Shown here: in pieces, positions 25,492 through 30,272 of the stretch
How the letters are laid out: each line of letters begins with the position of its first letter
Numbering within the stretch: the first letter of the stretch is position 1
Sequence record: ON239131
Length of the DNA: 30,272 nucleotides
Direction: 5' to 3' (one strand)
Source: Escherichia phage S164
Translations under genes and position numbers: made by a program
The notes under the pieces: generated by a model
The model's database searches: none
What the model was told of the DNA's origin: nothing
The model's input: only the letters and a program-made list of their open reading frames with translations

Positions 25492-27766
25492 AGCCTCCGG
25501 GCGTTTTGTCCCTCCGTCAGCATTTGCCGCAGGCACCGGTGAGACGTTTACCGGTGCTTATGCATGGAACGCGCCACGCGAGGCCGTCGGGCGCGAAAGA
25601 CCCCTTACACGTGACGAGATGCGTCAGGTGCAAGGTGTTTTATCCACGATTAATCGCCTGCCTTACTTTTTGCGCTCGCTGTTTACTTCACGCTATGACT
25701 ACATCCGGCGCAATAAAAGCCCGGTGCACGGGTTTTATTTCCTCACATCCACTTTTCAGCGCCGTTTATGGCCGCGTATTGAGCGCGTGAATCAGCGCCA
25801 TGAAATGAACACCGACGCGTCGTTGCTGTTTCTGGCAGAGCGTGACCATTATGCGCGTCTGCCGGGGATGAATGACAAGGAGCTGAAAAAGTTTGCCGCC
25901 CGTATCTCATCGCAGCTTTTCATGATGTATGAGGAACTCTGCGATGCATGGGTTGATGCACATGGCGAGAAAGAATCGCTGTTTACAGATGAGGCGCAGG
26001 CGCATCTGTATGGTCATGTTGCTGGCGCTGCACGTGCTTTCAATATTTCCCCTCTCTACTGGAAAAAATACCGTAAAGGACAGATGACCACGAGGCAGGC
26101 ATATTCTGCCATTGCCCGTCTGTTTAACGATGAGTGGTGGACTCATCAGCTTAAAGGCCAGCGTATGCGCTGGCATGAGGCGTTACTGATTGCTGTCGGG
26201 GAGGTCAATAAAGACCGTTCTCCTTATGCCAGTAAACATGCCATTCGTGATGTGCGTGCACGCCGCCAGGCAAATCTGGAATTTCTTAAATCGTGTGACC
26301 TCGAAAACAGGGAAACCGGCGAGCGCATCGATCTTATCAGTAAGGTGATGGGCAGTATTTCTAATCCTGAAATTCGCCGGATGGAGCTGATGAACACCAT
26401 CGCCGGTATTGAGCGTTACGCCGCCGCAGAGGGTGATGTGGGGATGTTTATCACTCTGACCGCGCCGTCAAAGTATCACCCGACACGTCAGGTCGGAAAA
26501 GGCGAAAGTAAAACCGTCCAGCTAAATCACGGCTGGAATGATGAGGCATTTAATCCAAAGGATGCGCAGCGTTATCTCTGCCGCATCTGGAGCCTGATGC
26601 GCACGGCATTCAAGGATAATGATTTACAGGTCTACGGTTTGCGAGTCGTCGAGCCACACCACGACGGAACGCCGCACTGGCATATGATGCTTTTTTGTAA
26701 TCCACGCCAGCGTAACCAGATTATCGAAATCATGCGTCGCTATGCGCTCAAAGAGGATGGTGACGAAAGAGGAGCCGCGCGAAACCGTTTTCAGGCAAAA
26801 CACCTTAACCGGGGCGGTGCTGCGGGATATATCGCGAAATACATCTCAAAAAACATCGATGGCTATGCACTGGATGGTCAGCTCGATAACGATACCGGCA
26901 GGCCGCTGAAAGACACTGCCGCGGCTGTTACCGCATGGGCGTCAACGTGGCGCATTCCGCAATTTAAAACGGTTGGCCTGCCGACAATGGGGGCTTACCG
27001 TGAACTACGCAAATTGCCTCGCGGCGTCAGCATTGCTGATGAGTTTGACGAACGCGTCGAGGCTGCACGCGCTGCCGCAGACAGTGGTGATTTTGCGTTG
27101 TATATCAGCGCGCAGGGTGGGGCAAATGTTCCGCGCGATTGTCAGACTGTCAGGGTTGCCCGTAGTCCGTCGGATGAAGTTAACGAGTACGAGGAAGAAG
27201 TCGAGAGAGTGGTCGGCATTTACGCGCCGCATCTCGGCGCGCGTCATATTCATATCACCAGAACGACGGACTGGCGCATTGTTCCGAAAGTGCCGGTCGT
27301 TGAGCCTTTGACTTTAAAAAGCGGCATCGCCGCGCCTCGGAGTCCTGTCAATAACTGTGGAAAGCTCACCGGTGGTGATACTTCGTTACCGGCTCCCACA
27401 CCTTCTGAGCACGCCGCAGCAGTGCTAAATCTGGTTGATGACGGTGTTATCGAATGGAATGACCCGGAGGTTGTGAGGACGCTCAGGGGTGCATTAAAAC
27501 ACGGCCTGAAAACACCAAATCGTCAGCAAAGAAACGGAAGCCCGTTAAAACCACATGAAATAGCACCGTCGGCCAGACTGACCCGGTCGGAACGATTGCA
27601 AATTACCCGTATCCGCGTTGACCTCGCTCAGAACGGTATCAGGCCGCAACGATGGGAGCTTGAGGCGCTGGCGCGTGGCGCGACAGTAAATTATGACGGG
27701 AAAAAATTCACGTATCCGGTCGCTGATGAGTGGTCGGGATTCTCAACAGTAATGGAGTGGACATGA
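25481..27766 (+). CDS. A: Rolling-circle replication initiation protein
   Basis: ORF 25439-27766; start at MAVKASGRF gives 761 aa, the length of P2 gpA; translationally coupled to orf83. Confidence 0.85.
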   Translation: MAVKASGRFVPPSAFAAGTGETFTGAYAWNAPREAVGRERPLTRDEMRQVQGVLSTINRLPYFLRSLFTSRYDYIRRNKSPVHGFYFLTSTFQRRLWPRIERVNQRHEMNTDASLLFLAERDHYARLPGMNDKELKKFAARISSQLFMMYEELCDAWVDAHGEKESLFTDEAQAHLYGHVAGAARAFNISPLYWKKYRKGQMTTRQAYSAIARLFNDEWWTHQLKGQRMRWHEALLIAVGEVNKDRSPYASKHAIRDVRARRQANLEFLKSCDLENRETGERIDLISKVMGSISNPEIRRMELMNTIAGIERYAAAEGDVGMFITLTAPSKYHPTRQVGKGESKTVQLNHGWNDEAFNPKDAQRYLCRIWSLMRTAFKDNDLQVYGLRVVEPHHDGTPHWHMMLFCNPRQRNQIIEIMRRYALKEDGDERGAARNRFQAKHLNRGGAAGYIAKYISKNIDGYALDGQLDNDTGRPLKDTAAAVTAWASTWRIPQFKTVGLPTMGAYRELRKLPRGVSIADEFDERVEAARAAADSGDFALYISAQGGANVPRDCQTVRVARSPSDEVNEYEEEVERVVGIYAPHLGARHIHITRTTDWRIVPKVPVVEPLTLKSGIAAPRSPVNNCGKLTGGDTSLPAPTPSEHAAAVLNLVDDGVIEWNDPEVVRTLRGALKHGLKTPNRQQRNGSPLKPHEIAPSARLTRSERLQITRIRVDLAQNGIRPQRWELEALARGATVNYDGKKFTYPVADEWSGFSTVMEWT

Positions 27767-28218
27767 TGGCAAAAATTCACGAGGTAAAGCTGCACGCAAA
27801 ATATTTCGACCTTGTGCTGGAAGGAAAGAAACGCGCAGAGTTTCGGAAAAATGACCGTAATTATGAGCGCGGGGACACGTTGATTTTGCATGAATGGGGG
27901 CAGGGTGTGTATACGGGGCGAAAGGTTGAAGCCCGGATAACAGATGTTACTGACCTGTCAGACTGGCTGGAAGATTATGTCTTGCTAAGTATTGAGCTGC
28001 TTAATACAGGCGCATATGAGATTGTGAACAGGAAAGAACTTAGTGAGCGTGGTCTGTTATTCAGAATTAATCATGAAATTATGCATAAGCTCGGCCTTGC
28101 TGTTATGTATGAACCAGAGACGGGAATGTCTGGCGGGGCAATGGTTGCCACGGATGGAGCATGGAACTATTCAGATGAACAGATGGAGCGTGCACAGCAA
28201 AACGGGTGGCTTGGATAA
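27763..28218 (+). CDS. orf91-position protein with a possible ASCH/PUA-like (DUF3850-type) N-terminal domain
   Basis: ATGA overlap with the A stop; N-terminus MMAKIHEVKLHAKYFDLVLEGKKRAEFRKNDRNYERGDTLILHEW resembles DUF3850/ASCH-like domains from memory; C-terminal half unrecognised. Confidence 0.55.
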   Translation: MMAKIHEVKLHAKYFDLVLEGKKRAEFRKNDRNYERGDTLILHEWGQGVYTGRKVEARITDVTDLSDWLEDYVLLSIELLNTGAYEIVNRKELSERGLLFRINHEIMHKLGLAVMYEPETGMSGGAMVATDGAWNYSDEQMERAQQNGWLG

Positions 28219-28424
28219 TGCACAGAATACCAGGCGAGATACCGCACCATAAAACTAAAAATATCAAGCTGATGGCTATTGTTCAGCGTTTACAGCGGAT
28301 TATGGTCAACGAAAATCTGACGCCCGATGAGCTAGTCGGGTGTGCCGAAATAGTCCGGGATAATTACGGGCGGTTTAACTATATCGGTCAGTCCAGAGTT
28401 GCGCCACCACCACGCAGACGATAG
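28218..28424 (+). CDS. Small hypothetical protein
   Basis: 68 aa from the internal Met of ORF 28206-28424; TAATG overlap with the preceding gene; GC content like the core genome; no motif recognised. Confidence 0.4.
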   Translation: MHRIPGEIPHHKTKNIKLMAIVQRLQRIMVNENLTPDELVGCAEIVRDNYGRFNYIGQSRVAPPPRRR

Positions 28425-28427
28425 ATA

Positions 28428-28468
28428 ACGCCGCCAGTCGTGAAACTTGTTTTCAGGGCTGGCGGCGT
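28428..28468 (+). other. Stem-loop (10-bp perfect stem ACGCCGCCAG / CTGGCGGCGT, 21-nt loop) overlapping the start of repeat copy A
   Basis: Perfect inverted repeat just downstream of the stop at 28424; no T-run follows, so a classical terminator is unlikely. Confidence 0.45.
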
Positions 28469-28495
28469 TGAACAACGAGTGAAGCGAGGCGTTAG
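28441..28495 (+). repeat. Copy A of a ~55-bp direct repeat preceding moron gene 1
   Basis: Ungapped 42/55 identity by hand alignment with 29413-29467 (TGAAACTTG...GGCGG.GTTGA.CAA.GAGT...GTTAG). Confidence 0.75.
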
Positions 28496-28653
28496 TTGAC
28501 ATTCATATTTTTACTGCGTTGGTGCTGTTTTTTGACGGTTGAAAGGAGTTATCTCGGAGAGCTAAAGCTAACAACTTACAAATATTCAAAAGTAAGCTTC
28601 CTGTTGCTAACATAAGGTCGATTTTTTATGTGGATGATGCAAAAAGGATAGCT

Positions 28654-29385
28654 ATGGATACTATAATCGCTTTTCTATCACTCGCTTTTTTTGTTGCTTT
28701 TTTCATCGGGTTAATCAAGCCATCACTGGTGCGAATGCCAAGCCGCAAACGTGCAAGTGCGGTTTATCTCGGAGGAGGTTTTGTATTGAGCATAATTGGT
28801 TCAATACTCTATCCAACAGAAAAAAGCCAGCCAGTTGCTAAAACTGAAACATCAACCGTTGTAGAACACCAAGTCCAAAAAACATTCGAATATGGTGAAA
28901 AAACACTCAAGGAATATCGGAGCGAGCCAAAGAAAACTCGACACGATATTGTGAATAGTTACATTGACTTTAAGAAAGTTCCAGTCACCGCATCAGATGC
29001 ATTTTATGCCTGCATGAGTGAGTATACATTTACCAAAGATGATGAGTTGAAACTCGGTGATGTTCTTGGGTGGTGCTTTAATGATTATGAAAATGACCCG
29101 AGTTCACTAAATAATAAAATCAATCTTGATACATTTCAGAGTAATTTTAGTGGTTGGGATGGTTCTTATCGTCCATTGGAAAAACTAATTAAAGATAATA
29201 TGAACGATGATTCATCTTATAAACATGTATCAACGGTATATCATTTAGTTTTGAATAAAGACCCGCACGCCATTGTGAAAACGACGTTTCGCGGCACTAA
29301 TGCTTATGGTGGCATGGTCAAACAGACTGTAGCAGCGCGAGTTGACGTGCGAACGGGTGAGATCGATTCAATACTCGACAATTAA
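28654..29385 (+). CDS. Moron gene 1: predicted membrane protein (two N-terminal transmembrane helices plus a ~180-aa C-terminal domain), unknown function
   Basis: ORF 28630-29385 opens on GTG; the ATG at 28654 has RBS AAAAAGGA. Hydrophobic helices IIAFLSLAFFVAFFIGLI and LGGGFVLSIIGSILY. AT-rich relative to the core genome. Occupies the P2 tin/old position. Confidence 0.7.
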   Translation: MDTIIAFLSLAFFVAFFIGLIKPSLVRMPSRKRASAVYLGGGFVLSIIGSILYPTEKSQPVAKTETSTVVEHQVQKTFEYGEKTLKEYRSEPKKTRHDIVNSYIDFKKVPVTASDAFYACMSEYTFTKDDELKLGDVLGWCFNDYENDPSSLNNKINLDTFQSNFSGWDGSYRPLEKLIKDNMNDDSSYKHVSTVYHLVLNKDPHAIVKTTFRGTNAYGGMVKQTVAARVDVRTGEIDSILDN

Positions 29386-29412
29386 ATAATATAGTGACAG
29401 CTCCGTCAGTGA

Positions 29413-29467
29413 TGAAACTTGCTTTTAGTCTTGGCGGGGTTGAGCAATGAGTCTTGCAAGGTGTTAG
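29413..29467 (+). repeat. Copy B of the ~55-bp direct repeat preceding moron gene 2
   Basis: See copy A; lies 28 bp after the stop of moron gene 1. Confidence 0.75.
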
Positions 29468-29507
29468 CATGCGTAGAATGGAAGCTGCTTGGACGTGGGG
29501 TATTCAT

Positions 29508-30125
29508 ATGAATTTAAAAATTTTCGGCATAATTGTCCTTTCTGCTTTGATGTTCGTTTTAGGTTTTTTTCTCGGTGGTTTTAATTGGGAATGGGCTGAT
29601 AAGAATTATGCAGGTGAGGTGGCGTTGTGGAGTATGTTAGGAGGGTGGTTATCCGCAATTGCAACTCTGTTTGCCGTGTTGGTTTCATTATATATGGCGT
29701 ATCAAGCTACTCAGAATGAGATTGAAAAAATCAGGGTTACTCATGGAGTAAGTATGAGTGTCACTCATGACAATGAGTTAAGTTGTAATCTCATTATTCA
29801 GAACTTGAGAAATATGAAAGTGAATATTACTGGTGTTTTTTTGTCTCTAGGTAAATCATCAGGTAAGTACTCTTTGGATAAAGTAATTGACAATTGTAAT
29901 ATAACGCTTTCATATAAAGGTGAAACAGAAAAGGTACAATTTGTAATCCATTCTGGGTATATTTGGTGGTCAATGTATAAATTATTCGATATGGATAAGA
30001 ACATAGGTTTTGAAAAGGGTAAGATCTTTATAACAACCAACCTCAATACATATGAATTTGATTTGCCAAAAGAATATTTAAGAGCTTTTGAGAAAGCTTA
30101 TTCGGAGTATCAGACAAAAAAATAA
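29508..30125 (+). CDS. Moron gene 2: predicted membrane protein (N-terminal transmembrane hairpin plus a ~140-aa C-terminal domain), unknown function
   Basis: ORF 29454-30125 opens on TTG; first ATG at 29469, but I prefer MNLKIFGIIV at 29508. Helices IFGIIVLSALMFVLGFFLGGF and LGGWLSAIATLFAVLVSLYMAY. Strongly AT-rich with A/T-rich codon usage; last gene before cos. Confidence 0.7.
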   Translation: MNLKIFGIIVLSALMFVLGFFLGGFNWEWADKNYAGEVALWSMLGGWLSAIATLFAVLVSLYMAYQATQNEIEKIRVTHGVSMSVTHDNELSCNLIIQNLRNMKVNITGVFLSLGKSSGKYSLDKVIDNCNITLSYKGETEKVQFVIHSGYIWWSMYKLFDMDKNIGFEKGKIFITTNLNTYEFDLPKEYLRAFEKAYSEYQTKK

Positions 30126-30254
30126 TGAGCTGCATGCAAAAGGTGCATGTTTTTGCATGTGCTAAGTTCACTGGTTTTGTGTATATCGCTTCAGATCTAG
30201 CGTGGTTCCGGGGAGGGCATGCAACTGCATTAAAACCGCTCCATGAAGCGGGCG

Positions 30255-30272
30255 GGCGAGGCGGGGAAAGCA
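30255..30272. other. cos: cos cohesive-end sequence (right copy, 18 of 19 nt)
   Basis: Exact repeat of window positions 1-18. Confidence 0.8.

Larger units (their letters stand above)
1..30272. mobile_element. Complete P2-like temperate phage genome, cos to cos (unit length about 30254 bp; window carries an 18-bp terminal redundancy)
   Basis: Conserved P2 gene order and matching protein lengths across the whole window; identical sequence at both ends. Confidence 0.9.

Noticed and set aside
30126-30253. Hairpin CATGCAAAA...TTTTGCATG just after moron gene 2, before cos
   Set aside because: The A/T-rich stem could be a terminator or part of the packaging site, but there is no clean T-tract; left unannotated.
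1-30272. CRISPR arrays, tRNA/tmRNA genes, insertion sequences
   Set aside because: No regularly spaced direct repeats, no tRNA-like cloverleaf candidates and no transposase-like ORFs with terminal inverted repeats were seen on either strand.

Overview
The window is a complete P2-like (Peduovirus-type) temperate phage genome, presented linearly from cos to cos. The first 19 nt (GGCGAGGCGGGGAAAGCAC, which I recognise from memory as the P2 cohesive end) recur as the last 18 nt, so the unit genome is about 30.25 kb. Gene order and protein lengths match P2 almost gene for gene: Q and P on the minus strand, then O N M L X Y K lysA lysB lysC R S V W J I H G, FI FII E E' T U D ogr, then attP region, int and C on the minus strand, then cox, orf78, B, orf80-83, A and orf91. 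All calls rest on my reading of the ORF translations and recalled P2 synteny; no database search was run. Two regions depart from the P2 backbone and are the main interest. (1) Between G and FI, a Hin/Gin-family serine invertase sits beside opposite-strand fragments of an alternative tail-fibre tip and chaperone; this looks like an invertible host-range cassette, but I could not define the crossover sites. (2) At the right end, between orf91 and cos (where P2 carries tin/old), there is an AT-rich cassette of two genes encoding predicted membrane proteins with no motif I recognise, each preceded by a copy of a ~55-bp repeat. This is the best candidate for an undescribed defence or superinfection-exclusion system. 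No tRNA, rRNA or CRISPR array was seen. Coordinates of small motifs were indexed by hand and may be off by 1-2 nt.
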